Origin: the human T2T-CHM13v2.0 reference genome, Homo sapiens
Strand: one strand, 5' to 3'
Length of the DNA: 64,000 nucleotides
NCBI RefSeq assembly: GCF_009914755.1
Contig: NC_060930.1
The notes below the pieces were generated by a model. The model was not told the origin of the DNA. It worked only from the letters and a program-made list of their open reading frames with translations, and made no database searches. The position numbers and the translations under genes are program-made. Below, in pieces: positions 29,519 to 47,016 of the stretch (the first letter of the stretch is position 1; each line of letters starts with the position of its first letter).

Positions 29519-30702
29519 AAGGCTTTGTGTTTGGGTCTTCCTTAATTAAAGCAAGTTCGATCTCATCGTAACAAAGTTCTTCTAAATTACCTCGTATTTT
29601 GATAACATGCCATAAAACTCATCTGTTAAGCTTTAATAGCTACACATGCCAACCAACTTAATGTAATATCTAATATTTTTCAAAGAAAAAAAGCATATGT
29701 ATTACAACTGACCTTTATTGGTATTTCTTCAGTTTAACCTAAATGTTGACAAGCTTTTTCCATTTATTATTTAAATTTGGAGAGGTCAAATCTTAGGAAA
29801 AGCAAAAACGTTAAGGAACACAAAGAATTCTATTCAAAGAAACTCACAAAATAAATTTTGGAGCACAAACTGTGGTATGACAGTTTTCCTTTGTATTTCT
29901 AAACATCTACTAATAAGACTTTCTTTTTGTAATATGCAAGCTTCTTTCATCAAGCCAATTGGTTTAATTAGCATTTACATCATTTTAAGTTATGACACAC
30001 GTTAACAAAATAGAATAGTTGTAGAAACAACGAAACTTCAATGCTCACTCAGAAATCACCTAACCCTAACCTTGTCTCCTCTTTCCAGATGTAGCAGCAG
30101 CTTCTTTAGACGGAAGGTGAACGGAAAGGAATGTTTTCCAAGAGGAAGGGAATAAGGGTAATAACATGGATCCGGAGCATATATACTATCCATATACTCA
30201 TGTGAAGGATCTCCTGTCTGACAACATTCCAGAAGCTACAGGACAGAAATGTCAGTCATCACACTCACCACCAGCAAAGAGCTCAAGGCGCTTACATGAG
30301 CAAAGTTACATTGACAGGAGGTGCCCACTGGAAATCACAATAGGTATCAGATTATGACCAAACATAAATGAGATCAATAGAAAATACCATCACAAAGATA
30401 TGATTAGACTGAATATGTATAAAATTATTTCACACTTTTTTGGGGTTAAATAATTTTACCTAAATTTAAAGTAACACAATAAGTATACTCAATGTTAATA
30501 CTGCTTCTATTTCTTATTAACAATATAGACCATGAAACTGTATCAGAACATTAGTATTCAATAATTTTATGTTCTGGTTGATAGTCCTTAAAGAACTTTC
30601 ACTTCATCTTCTTTGCTAGATGAAATAATATTTATTATTTTGTGTTTACCTTTGCTAAAATGTATCAGTAATACCTTATAAAATTTAAATTAAGGTATGG
30701 CT

Positions 30703-31000
30703 GGCCAGGTGCAGTGGTTCATGCCTGTAATCCCAGCACTGTGGGAGGCTGAGGTGGGCAGATCACCTGAGGTCAGGAGTTCGAGACCAGCCTGACCAAC
30801 ATGGAGAAACCCCAACTCTACTAAAAATACAAAATTAGCCAGGCGTGGCGGCTCATGCCTGTAATCCCAGCTACTCGGGAGGTTGAAGCAGGAGAATCAC
30901 TTGAACCCGGAGGCAGAGGTTGCGGTGAGCTGAGATCGCGCCATTACACTCCAGCCTGGGCAACAAGAGTGAAACTCTATCTCAAAAAAAAAAAAAAAAA
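30703..31000 (+). mobile_element. AluSp
   Basis: ctgaccaacatggagaaacc; TSD aaattaaggtatggct. Confidence 0.92.
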
Positions 31001-31816
31001 ATTAAGGTATGGCTATATCACAGAACTTTAAAAGCCCAATTTTTCTAAAATTACTTTAAAATCTAGAAAATCATGTTTCCATTCATATCATTTTTTATGA
31101 AGATGCAATTACTGAATAAGAGTAATTCAAGTAAGAAAAGTTAGAATCAGTTGAAGTAAAACAAGCAAAAAAATATATAACCACTTAGGAAACACACACT
31201 GCAAAACAAATTAGTTAGATCATCACTGTTATTCTCCAAGCAATTGAAAATACCTACCTCTAAAAGGGGAGAAACACAAAAGTGTGAACAGAATTTCTAA
31301 CAGAAAGGCTATTGTTTATGCACAAGTTTCACACTGTAGAAATATGAACACCTGCCAGATAATTAAATACACCCACATGCAGAATGTTCCATCACTTTTT
31401 AAAATTTTAATTACCTCCATTTATTATAATCACCAACAGGTAATTTTCTAAGCAACATAAGATCGGCACTGGGATTGAGGTTAGCTAAATAGTCTAAATT
31501 AGTTTAAGCAACTACTTTTGGATAATCAGTTGCACTTGTGCCCACTCACAGGGAGAGGCTGTTGAAATTCAAGGATTTCCTCTGCATTCTCTTGCCTGCA
31601 GAGCTAAACAGCTACCACAGAGTCAAGTTCAGTAACTGCACTGGAGCAAGGAAAAATTAAATTGCTCAGTGAAATTAAATTTAGTAGGGTGTAAAACTTC
31701 ATTTCTTCATTCTGCACTCAAGACAATTTGACTTTCCACACCTATTATATTTCCAGGTCTAACTAGGTGACATGTATTTCTAAGCATTTAAGTTCCTCTT
31801 AAAAAGCCTTAGTCTT

Positions 31817-32113
31817 GGCCAGGCACGGTGGCTCAAGCCTGTAATCTCAGCACTTTGGGAGGCCGAGGAGGGTGGATCACGAGGTCAAGGGATCAAGACC
31901 ATCCTGGCCAACAAGGTGAAACCCCGTCTCTACTAAAAATACAAAAACTAGCCAGGCGTAGTGGCATGTGCCTGTAATCCCAGATATGCGGGAGGCTGAG
32001 GCAGGAGAATCACTTGAACCCAGGAGGCGGAGATTGCAGTGAGCTGAGATGCCAAGATCGCACCACCACACTCCAGCCTGGCAACAGAGCAAGACTCCGT
32101 CTCAAAAAAAAAA
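31817..32113 (+). mobile_element. AluSc
   Basis: gatcacgaggtcaag.gatcaagaccatcctggccaac; TSD aaaaagccttagtctt. Confidence 0.9.
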
Positions 32114-32809
32114 GCCTTAGTCTTTAACCTTTCACAAAGTATTGTTATGATTGGCAACTTATTTTGTGAAATGCCACAATCAAGTATGAAACTGTTGCCT
32201 CAGGCAGGGCAGAAATAAACTGTGCCTTGAATAAATGTTTAAAGCTGAGATTCTCCATACCAGCATTCCATAGCTCAGAGATATTTCACATCACCACGCA
32301 GTATACATATGATATATGCATATATATGTACACAGAAACCCATATTCAAAACACAAATACATATGAAATGTTTCACGAAACATGTCTTACCCTTACTGTA
32401 TGATACGCTCCAATATTTTATATTCTATTTCTTTGTTTACATTGCTCATTGTCCCTAATTTGATTTCACCAACCCAGTGATGCAGTAGCAACCACAGTTT
32501 GGAAAATACAGCTCCCTCTATGCAAATACCAATTCATAGTTCTTCATAAAATTTACTCCTGCCAATGAGGATCAGTGTGACACCCTGTGCAGATGGGACT
32601 AAAAAGACACTCCAAAGAGGTGACTGATTTGTAAATGAGTCTGTTTTTGAAACATGAAATAGGCAGCAGAGAATCCAGAGCAGACGAGCACTAACTGCAT
32701 ATCTAAGAGTAAATTAGTCATTTATCATTAAACTGAAAGTACTCTGTTGCAGACTTTTTTTGGACAGGAAAATGGAAATTTAAACAAGACTTTATTTTTT
32801 CTTAATATG

Positions 32810-33500
32810 CTTGCAAAAAAAATTAACTGATACTATCAAGTGTTGAAAAGGATGTGGGAAAATGTGTATGCTGTTATTAGGACTGCAATTTTGTACAGCC
32901 TTTTTGGAGAGTGATTCGAGAGCATCATTAAATTTTGAACATGCATATCCTTTGACCCAGCAATTCTTCTAGTTTGTGCTATGTTCTTGTACATGCAAAC
33001 CAATAGATGTGTAAAGACACTGGCCATTGATAAGAAAATACTTAAGGTACAATCATATTTTTTAAATTATTTTAATTTTTTTAAAGAAATACTAAGAACA
33101 GCAGGTATTTCCATATCATTCTTTTTTTTTATGTGACAAATTCAATTTCTTTTCAGTACACATATCATTGTTTCTCAATGAGATGCTATTAGTATTCTGG
33201 GCCAACGATTCCTCCATAAAATGCTCCCACATATTTTGTTTTTTAAATCCCCAGGTAAGGGTGGTACCAGCCTTGACTGAAAAACAAAACAAAACAAAAC
33301 AAAAAAAACACTATTCCATGTATACTGAGGAGAAAAGAATTTTTAAAAGCTGTTACGAGGTGGGGAAAAGCCAGTTGCAGAACAATACATACAGTATGAT
33401 TCTAATTATGTGAAAAGAAACCACCCACGCTCTAAGGGGTGTGCACATGAATGATATGAGTCAGAGGATGTGTGAAAAGAGGTTGACAGTGTCTGCTCTA
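32810..33500 (+). mobile_element. Ancient L1ME-type fragments
   Basis: tcaagtgttgaaaaggatgtggg...catatcctttgacccagcaattc; aaaaagccagttgcagaacaatacatacagtatgatt. Confidence 0.55.
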
Positions 33501-36074
33501 TAAGCTTTGATTTTTAAGAATTTATTTCCATACTGGTGGATAATTTGATTAGGTTACAATATTTTATTTGGGGAAACTAAAATCCATAACATATTCACCC
33601 ACTGAAAGTGGCTATTTGAAGCACTGGGAGTTGGCAGAGCTCTAAAACAAGGAGGGAAAGAAACTAAGAGGAATTAACATGTTCTAATGACATCCTTGAC
33701 TCATAAAGTCCCTTTTCCTTCCTCACTAAAGTGACAAGTTCTGTAATACACTAATTGAGTTTCATAAAAATACAATTAAAAATATGGAAATTAAACAATA
33801 ACACTACCTCTGTTTTATGTCCTGTCACCCTCTTCCCGCAGGACTTGTAGAAATGTTTCCTTTAACCTCCATATCCAGCTTGTGTTTCATGCTTCCTTTC
33901 ACTATAGTTACCAACCGCTCTCCCGCTTGACCCAGCAGATTAGAAGCTCTTTGAGGTCAGAGGATATTTCTTATCATTCCCATCCACTGATCTCTTGCTG
34001 TCCATTCTCCCTAGAAAAGTAGCTGCTTCATAAGAAGCTGTGGAATGATGTTTTAAAAATCCGTGAAATAGACACCTAACTTGGCATGACTTTTAACTAG
34101 TTTACAACACTAAGATGAGTCAGAGAAAAATGGATCACATTCAACAGCAATAGTTGAAAACAAAATTACAATTGTCCTTTACTTGCTAATACAATGAGTA
34201 TTAAGTTTATTTTCATAACTTTGAAACTAAAAAAAAATTTCAGCAAAGCCACATGAAGTACTACCACTTTGATGGGAGCAATTATTTCAAAAGGATTATA
34301 TCCAAATAAAATCAACAAAATAATAAAAGCATAACATGGCATATACTGTTGTGCCAATCCAGTACCCATTGCCCTCTCTTTTTGTATTAATACAACACCA
34401 ATTACTCTCTAGGGCAGCCGTGTGCCCTGATAAAAACACAAGACCCCCACCAAGGCAGCTGGAAGTTGACATACACAGTTCCGATGTGATGAAAGCAGAA
34501 GTCACCAGAAAGAGCTTACCTCCCCCAAAAAACCTCAGTCAGAGAAAGCCCTCCCTCTTTCCTCTTCTTTCTGCCTTCAATGGGTCCTGGACATGCCGCA
34601 GGCAACTCGTGACTCTGAGGAGAAACCCATGTGACAAAGACACAAACTGTGGATCTAAAATGCTTAAGCACCGGTCCTCGATGAAAGGAATGACTTCTTC
34701 TGGTATCTTTACAAACATGAATCTTTGGCACTGTGTTTCTAATGTCACCCAAGACCTCTGATAATTTGCTTATAAAACTTTTCTGAAAACTTACGAGTTT
34801 CTTTTACAAAATTACAGAAAAGCTCAATAAAATAAGAATTAAAAATGCATTAACTCCAATTTTATAAAATCTGGTTTTTCAACAGAACAAAATCTGTGTT
34901 GATTTTTCAGGTGCCTCGGTATGGGAAACTTCCTAAGATGTTGTTTTGGCTGTAAATCATGCGGCCCTCTCAGAGCAATGCATTTGTGTGATTTGCCCAA
35001 TTATGCATGAGTACAGTCAGCATGGAAATCCAGTTCAAACTGCAGAAGATCAGCACCTGTGAGCTGAAATGTGCATGTGTATTTTACAGGGTGGAGGATA
35101 GTGAAGACAGATTCAAGCGATAATACATCAGGTTTAAATCTTCTATAAATGAGATTGGATTACTGCAGCTGATAAACATGGAAATGAGTAATTAAAACAT
35201 GGTGTGTAAGGAAACATAAGTTTTCTTTGTGGTTGTCCTCGTAGGATAATTTGTGGTGCTGAGAACCTGCCTCGGGTTTCTTAATAATGTTTTCCTAGCT
35301 GGCTAATTAGGATGTGCTATTGATGTGATCCAAAAAAGCGTTCAGCTTCAAAAGAAGCTGCCAAAAAAGGGAAGCCTAAGTATATCCAAGCCTGGAGATG
35401 GAATGTCAATTTTATTTAGGGGTCAACTGCAGATGCAAATCCTCAGTGTGCCTGTGTCTATCACCTCATTACACATACGCAACTTTGGTTTCTCCCTTCT
35501 CATTCATATGTGGATTTATTATCTAGATCAGAGCTTCCATTTCCCCATAATATTCTAGATGCCCTTCAAGTCTCAGTAACAAGATCAATGAAAAGTGTGG
35601 TGCTAATTTTTCCCCATAGATAACGTATCATTAGGAATGCTTTCACCTGCAACAAAAAAAAAACCCCTGCATTGGGGTAAACAGACATTTTTTTTCCTCA
35701 TGTAACAGAACGTCCAGTCTGCAGTCAGTCCATCCATCCAGGATTAGTGCAGCTGCTCAACAATGTCATTCAGGACCTGGCTCCTCCTATTTTGGAAGAT
35801 CCACAGATCCTGGCAGGCTGTCAGCCCTAAAGCCAATGCTTTTTCTTTTAAATAGTAAGAATGATCAAACATGAAAACATTTATATTTCATTTCTCATAG
35901 ATTTACCTTTTATTACACTTGTTAACATAGTAAAGAGAGGGAAGCAACACTAGGGCTGATTCACCTTGTCTGTATGAAACATTTCTTCAATTTCTGTCTG
36001 GAAGTTGGGTGCTTCTACAATATCCCTGAACTATTTGAAAAATGAACTAAATATAGGTAAGAAAAAAGAGTCTA

Positions 36075-36449
<375 letters not shown>

Positions 36450-36689
36450 TTAAATATAAGATTTAATATTTAAAAATATTAAAAGAAAAAACTGAACATA
36501 TTTCTTAGTTTACGAAAGAATAAAATAATAAAACTAGTGATGAGGAAATTGTAAAACTATCTTGGCAGAAATCTTTTGCTATCTACAGCCATCTCCCGAA
36601 AATGAAGTCTCTAGCTGTTACTGAGTTCTATTATGGTCCATAAATGAGGCTATAGGAGTCTCTCTAACTCTCCACCTCCTCCTCTGCCC

Positions 36690-37276
36690 TCAGCTTTACT
36701 GAGGTATAATTGACAAATAAAAATTGTATATATTTAAGGTGTACAACACGATTTGATATACATTCTGAGATGATTCTCTTAACAAATTTCATACATTATC
36801 ATATATAGTTACCAGGCTATATGTTAGATCCCCCAGAATGTATTCCTCCTGCATAACTGAAACTGTATACCCTTTGACCAACATCTCCTGTTTCTCCTAC
36901 CTCCCACTCCAGCTCCTGGTAACACCACTGTACTCTGTAGAAGTTCAACTTTTTAAAAATTCCACTTATAAGTGATATCACGCAGTATTTGACTCTATGT
37001 CTAGCTGATTTCACTTTGCATAACATCCTCTCCAAGCTCATCCATATCGTAGCAAATAGTGAGCTTTCCTTATTTTTAAGGCTGGATAATATTCCATTGT
37101 AAATAAACACCACATTTTCTTTATCCGTGCATCCACTGAAAGACAAAGGTTGTTTCCATATCTTGGTATTGCAAATAATGCTGTAATGAACATGGGAGTG
37201 CAGGTATCTCTTTGATGTGGTGATTTTTTTCATTTCCTTTGGATATATACCCAGTAGTGGGATTGCTGGGTCCATA
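36690..37276 (-). mobile_element. L1MA9/L1MB-type 3' fragment (donor of the 39584-39887 copy)
   Basis: gaggtataattgacaaataaaaattgtata...; ORF 36817-37287 gives the L1 ORF2 C-terminus DPAIPLLGIYPKE. Confidence 0.85.
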
Positions 37277-37585
37277 AATAAGACCATCGAAATCCTTCTA
37301 ATTTTAAATTGAGATTAAAGGAATTGTAAATAAGTTAACAAAATCCACTCTGATGACCAAAGGAATTTCTTGGAGCTAGTAGGAAGGAGATGGACTTTTC
37401 TTACGTTTTGTTTCTTTTAAATGTATAGTTGTACCCGTTTCCCCCATACCTATTATGTCCACAGCCTGGTAAAGTGACCTGTACTCACACTAAGACAGGG
37501 CTGGACACCAACCAAACATTGACATATACTGACAAAGGGCAAGGGAATAAGGAAGTCACTATGTATAACATGCTTGAGATGTGGA

Positions 37586-37890
37586 CTTTTTTTTTTTTTT
37601 TTTTTTTGAGACAGAGTCTCGCTCTGTCACCCAGGCTGGAGTGTAGTGGCAAGATCTTGGCTCACTGCAACCTCCACTTTCCGAGTTCAAGTGATTCTCC
37701 TGCCTTAGCCTCCTGAGACGCTGGGATTACAGGCACCCACCACCACATCCGGCTAATTTTTGTATTTTTAGTAAAGACGGGGTTTCACCATGTTGGCCAG
37801 GCTGGTCTCGAACTCCTGACCTCAGGTGATCCGCCTGCCTCGGCCTCCCAAAGTGGTGGCATTACAGGTGTGAGCCATGGTGCCCAGCCT
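37586..37890 (-). mobile_element. AluSx
   Basis: Full reverse Alu. Confidence 0.9.
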
Positions 37891-38249
37891 AGACTGTAAT
37901 TCTTAATGTTTGTAAAAATCACCCTCACGCTCCTCTTGGCTACTACTGAACATATTTTGAAATTTAAGATATTTCTGAATGGCAGCTGTGAAGGAGAATT
38001 AATATTTCTCCCAAACCAAAGAATAGCCAAGAAAACGGTGGGCACCTCCTGCCAAGTTAGCATCTGGGGTTGAAAGAATGATGCTCTAACACCTAATAGT
38101 TGACTCTTTGGGGATGGAAGAGCACAGGAATTATAAAAATACCCAGTGGTAAAAATACTTCATGACGTTTTGCTTATTACATTAATTGAATATAATCTAA
38201 GTCTAGCAACTAACATAATGAGCTAATTAAGAGTTATTTTTCCTACCAC

Positions 38250-38555
38250 GTTTTTTTTTTGTTTTTTTTTTTTTGAGATGGAGTCTCACTCTGTCATCCA
38301 GGCTGGAGTACAGTAGAGCGATCTCAGCTCACTGCAACCTCTGCCTCCCAGGTTCAAGCAAATCTCACTTCAGCCTCCTGAGTAATTGGGATTACAGGCA
38401 TGCACCATCACAACTGACTAATTTTTGTATTTTTTGGTAGAGATGGGGTTTCACCCTGTTGGCCAGGCTGGTCTCAAACTCCTGACCTCAAATAATCCAC
38501 CTGCCTTGGCCTCCCAACATACTGGGATTACAGGCGTGAGCCACCATGCCTGGCC
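38250..38555 (-). mobile_element. AluS
   Basis: Full reverse Alu; TSD-like ttcctac. Confidence 0.9.
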
Positions 38556-39041
38556 ATTCCTACAACATCTTTTCTAAAACACCTGTATGATGTCCTTTCT
38601 TCAAATAACACCTCACATTCCTCTTACTCCGTGGCTGATTCAAAACACTGCATCTCTGAAGACCCATGAGCTCCAGTGGCTTAACCTAGCAGTTTTAACT
38701 ACAGCTAGCAGGAGGAAATACACCTACGTAGTTCCTTTTCTCAGTAGCATACCCAGTATCAGCACTGCTTTTAAATCCTTTATTCATTTTGTATACTTCC
38801 TCTACTTAACTGAGCTGTGTTGAAACATCTAAGGTGTGGGATCTATTACTTGAATCTAAGGTTGACATGTGTCTCAGTACTTCCACCTGAATATTTAAGG
38901 AATCAAACTCAGACCTGATTACATAGAACCATTTATATAATAAAAGTACTCCACCCTTGAAATCTCGGAGAGAAAAATATAGACCCTGACCAAAGACACA
39001 GAAAGCAATATTTATTCCATCCCCTATACCTCCTTAATTTA

Positions 39042-40233
<1,192 letters not shown>

Positions 40234-40323
40234 CACCACAACTAATTCTGTTAAAGCATGTCTTCATTAAATATAGAATGAAGTAAATCTAAGCAGGAAA
40301 AAGATTCTTTAATAATTTCAGCT

Positions 40324-40640
40324 TGGGACAGGCAGGTGGCTCATGCCTATTATCCCAGCACTTTGAGAGGCTGAGGTGGGAAGACTGCTTGATTGAGGCC
40401 AAGAATTCGAGACCAGTCTGGGTAACAAAATAAGACTCTGTCTCTACAAAAAATTAGAAAATAATTAGCCAGAAGTGGTGGCGTGCACCTGTAGCCTCAG
40501 CTACTTGAGAGGCTGAGGTAGAAGGATCACTTGAGCCCACAAGTTTGAGGCTGCAGTGAGATATGATTGTACCACTGCACTACAGCCTGGACAACAGACG
40601 GAGACCCATCTCTAAAAAATAGTAATAACAATAATAATAA
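40324..40640 (+). mobile_element. AluJ
   Basis: J-type right arm; TSD taataatttcagct. Confidence 0.88.
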
Positions 40641-41379
40641 TTTCAGCTAGAAACAGATTTAATTCTAGAGTAAGCTTTTTTTCAGAAAAAAAAAAAATCT
40701 TAGAATGATAATCCTTTGCCCTAAATAGTTATCTTTATAAACAAACAAACAAACAAAAAAAGAATAAGCACCATAGCTTTCACAGATTCCTTTCTGATCT
40801 AAAAGATTCCTGGATTGTCATTAAATAACATTACAAGTGTAGTTTAACCATAATCCATGAGAAAAATCCAATGAACCTATAATATTACTCTTTTAACATT
40901 TCTTCTTAGAGGCACATTAAGGTACAAACTGAAAGGTTAGGATCCTCGTCCTTGGAAAGCCATTATTTTTAACTGATAGTTGTATCCTTTGTTTTAGTTT
41001 GCAATTGTATGGCAATAAATAAAACATGATTGAATGTATATCCTCCAAAGCCTGGGACTGGGGCTAGTCCTTTGGTCTTACATATCGTATTATGGCTCCT
41101 TTAAAGAAGATTCATAGTCATTTGACTTGCCTCCTCCTGTGTTTTCTCATTTCAAACAAACAAGTGAGTCATTCACAAATGCTGCAAGACTGGCTACTCA
41201 TATTTTGGATGCTTGAGTATTTTGTTCAAACAAGCATGGATATATGACGACTATTCATTTATCCTGGTAAAATCACTAATAGGCTTAACAGGTTGAACAA
41301 GATCTGATAAAGAATACTCAAGACTTAGGGGAAAAAAAACCTGTCTCAGAAGAAAAAAAAAATCAGTCATGTACCTATA

Positions 41380-41810
41380 CCTGTTGTAAGAACACACTTC
41401 AACTTTCATACACTGCTGGAATTGATGTATATTGGTAAAAAGTTTCTGGAGGCCACTTAGGTAACAAATAGCAAAAACCCCCTTTAAAAAAAAAAATGGT
41501 TACCTGTGACCCAGGAACTCTACTTTTAACAATCCATTTTCAGGAAATAATAGCCAAGTACACAAAGCTACATGTGCAAATATGTTCACCGAACTCACGG
41601 CAAAAAAAAAAAAAAAAAGAAAAAGAAATATTAAATGTCTAACAATCAGATATTTGTCAAATAATACATATTTCCCTGTAGTGGAATACTATGCAGGTAT
41701 TAAAAATAATGTATAGTTAGTAACAGCAAAAGATGTTACGACATTTACTTGAAAAAAGCAAGTAACAAAACAGCATATATGGTATGCTGTCATTGTATAT
41801 GTCTGTGTAT
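41380..41810 (+). mobile_element. L1ME-type 3' fragment
   Basis: tgtgacccagg...gtggaatactatgcaggtattaaaaat...aaaaagcaagtaacaaaacagcatatatggtatg. Confidence 0.55.
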
Positions 41811-41823
41811 ATTAAAAATTCTA

Positions 41824-42427
<604 letters not shown>

Positions 42428-43154
42428 TCATTCTAGGAAAATCTACACAAAACATGTTCATAGTTAACCACAGATAATGAGGTTACAAGCATTTATTTGT
42501 CCTTCTTGATACTTCTGTGTTTTCCTGAAATGTCTCTGAAATATTTTAAAGTCTGGCTTTATCTAGCCATCACTGGGCAAAGTCAAGTCTGGATAAAGAT
42601 TGACAATTTGAAAAACAAACAAATGCGGATTAGATAATGGTCACTGTGGTGTTCCAGAGATCACCACAATAAATTTCACACCTGCGTTCCAGGGGAAGAT
42701 CCAGAAGATATTCACCATGTGCTTGCCAACCTCTCCTGGCTTTTTGGTCACATTTACTTTACATTTTAATGTTTCTCCTTTTCATTTCTTTCCTAGTGTC
42801 ATACTTAAGAGTTAGATCAGAGCTAATCTTTCACTCAACAAACACACAGTGACAAATTCTTACGCGCCAAGTAGGCTGGGTACCCAAGCCACACAAGCTA
42901 GTAGGAGCTTCTAGTGTGCAAGAAGTTCACAGATTAGTTTTAGGGAAAAAACACATATGCCAAGAATTACAATAACATAATGGCCTAAGAGAGGTACACA
43001 CAGAGCACTACTGGGCAAAAGGAAAATCAGATAACTGCCTGGAAAGAGAGGAATTGTCTGTCAAAGGACTCAAGGAATCAAGGATGGAGCTAAATGCTAA
43101 AGAACAAGCTCAATAAATAGAAAACACAATGTTGACTCTAGCTATGTGAAAATC

Positions 43155-43602
43155 TGTATTAGTCAAGGTCTTCCGGAGAAACAGAACGAATATGACACAA
43201 ATCAACAGAAAGATATAGGCAAACATACAGACCAATCTGTAGCTCTATCTTTATCTACTGATCAGCCTAGAAAAAGAAAGATTTATTTTTAAAATTGGCT
43301 CATGCAATTGTCGGAGCTGGCTAATCTGAAATCTGCAAAGCAGGCCAGCAGGCTGGAGCCCCAGCAAAGAGTTGATGTTGCAGCTCAAGTCAGAAGGCAG
43401 TCTGGAGACAGAATTTCTCCCTGGGGTCAGGGTGTGGGGAAACTTAGCTTTTTATCTTAAGACATTCAACTGATTGGATGAGGCCCACCCAGCTTTATTC
43501 AAATGAAAAAAAACTTGCTTCACAGCAACATCTAATCTGATGTTTGACCAAACATCTGGGCGCTATAGCCTAGCAAGTAGACACATCATATTAACCATCA
43601 CT
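43155..43602 (-). mobile_element. MLT2 (ERVL) LTR
   Basis: tgtattagtcaaggtcttccggagaaacagaac ... aattggctcatgcaattg ... ttaaccatcac. Confidence 0.8.
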
Positions 43603-44517
43603 GAAGCCAAGTCAGAAAAGTGAAGAGACAGATGCAATAAAATTAGGAGTTATTTTGTCTATTTTCCATCTTCTCTTTTTTTACCCAAATTCAGCGTTAA
43701 TTTCTCAGTTTTTATTTCTATTTCTAGTAACACTTGGCTTATGTGCTGTGTCATAATACAGATCAACTTAGCTTTCCAATAACTAATTCTTTGCCATTTT
43801 TCACTTCTGTGGCTTCAATCATCTTCAACCACACAGACTAAACTCAAAATCTATTTCAAAATATTCATATTGCCAACATCCTGCTGAATATCCCCTGGAA
43901 GCTTAACATCTGTGAGTCTAAAAGCTAACAAAATTGTCGGACAAAACCAGTTCCTTCTTCCCGACTTTACAACTTCTGTGGTCGGTCTCATCTTCATAGA
44001 GGCCACCTACTCTCCAAGGCCTGCTCAGCACCTTTGGTTCAGCCTGTCCTTTGCACTTTACCAGCAATGCCCAGCACACTGCCTGACTCACAGTGCTGCT
44101 CAGCAAGTTGGCTGGATGGATGGATAAATGAATGAATGAATGTTGAACACAATAACTTATCAATTATGGTAAATTATATTCCAAATTATTAATACTAATT
44201 CCCTTTTTTCCATTATTACTATACAAATATAAGCCAGACCACTTTCATCATATCCCAATTTGTTTTAACTTCTGTCTCAGTTTTCTATTGCATCCTAGAC
44301 ATTACTAACACTTAATTTTTCTAATTAGAGCTATAATCCTATCGCCCCTCTAATTAAAAAAAAAACTTTATTTTCCCACTGAATTAACCACAAGCTTTAC
44401 TCCCGAGTGATTAAGTTTCTCCCCAGTTTAAGCCCCAGGCTCTCTCTGTAGTTAACCCCACTATTCAGTCATACACTGTGTCTATTGAGAATAAAATTAT
44501 CCATAAGACAAATGCTA

Positions 44518-45207
<690 letters not shown>

Positions 45208-46709
45208 TTAAAAGAAAAAACACTCAAGTCACAATTTATATATAATATGATCCCAGTCATTTTTTTTAAAGAAAGGAATGTATATACGTATATTGATATA
45301 CAGGAGGGGAACAATAACACAGAATGTGAGGATGGACACTCAAATGTTGACGATGACTCGCTCTGAAGAGAGGCATGCAGGGCATAAATTCTGTAACGCT
45401 GGAATCTCTTCCATGGGAATTTAATCATACCACCAATAAGAGTACAGACTAAAAATATAAATATATTCACGGATTCCAGATTCAATTTTTTTTTAAATCC
45501 AACAATGTTTTTAGCAACACCAACGATACTGAATTAAACACATACTCTCTCAAGTGACTATTATGAAAAGAATGCTTTCACTGAAATGTACAGAATTTTT
45601 GTCAGTTTCTTTTAATGTCCAATTGCATCTTTCCACTTGCAGCCATTAGCGTTTCAGAGCTGTGTTCCACCAGATAATTTGGGGCCCTCAATACCACCTG
45701 CTGTCAATATTTCTAAAATATGGCAATTCCTCAGCAAAGGCAAAGAACTAGAATTGCAACCCCAGCTACAGCTCTAAATGTAGAAAGAGGCAAGAGGAGT
45801 CCCATTTCTAATTTTAATTAATAGAACAAGCATAACAAGAAAAACCAAAGTAAATTTTTTAAATTATTAAAAGATAACCTGAAGTCACAGAAAATTTCAA
45901 TACTAAGAACTGCTTTCTACTCTACACCAAAACCTTGGATTTTTATACATGATACCATAATCTGAGACAATGCAAAATTCATGTCAATGAAACTGCTGTT
46001 AAGCTGTATATAAAAAATTAAGGAGGATCGCATAACCATCACTCAGCATTACATAATTTCTCTAGAAAAGACTGACTGGAAATGCATATACTTGAGACAT
46101 TATTCTAAAGAGGAAAAGAAAAGGAGGACAAAATGTCAATGTTTGTTCAACCACAATGTTTTCAGTTCTCTTCTAGAATTTCATTCACTCACCAAATTCC
46201 AAGTAAATCAAAATGCAAAACAGCTAACAAAAAGAATTTCAGACTCTTTAATTGCCTGCTCAGGGAATGTATATTTTGTTCATTATCTTCTCTTCTTTCA
46301 TGTCCTTTCTATTTTCTCACTAACATTAATGTAGACAGGAGAATATCAAGTGAAGTGCTGATAATTAGAAAATATTCTTGATTTTCAAATGCTTCTGTTA
46401 TGTACCAACTGCTAACGGTGATTATATCTGAGGGTTAGGACTACGAAAAAAGTTCACTACTTTCTTCATAGCTCTGTAATTTTATACAGTTCTATAATTT
46501 TAATAGTTAATATTTAACTTCCTTTGAAATCAAAAAAATATTCTAACATCTTTGTTTTTGACTGTGTGGTACACTTAGGACCACTCAGAAAGAATTCATT
46601 TTAGTGGACACACACCACAGGTTAAACCAGCATGGGCAGCCCCTCCAGGAACATGGGGACCTGGTGACTTATCAGACAGAGTGAGAGACCTTGTTAGAAA
46701 AGAAATTGT

Positions 46710-47016
<307 letters not shown>

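Noticed and set aside
34336-34761. 141-aa ORF and an overlapping minus-strand donor GAG|gtaagc at ~34520
   Set aside because: No recognisable homology and no convincing partner acceptor.
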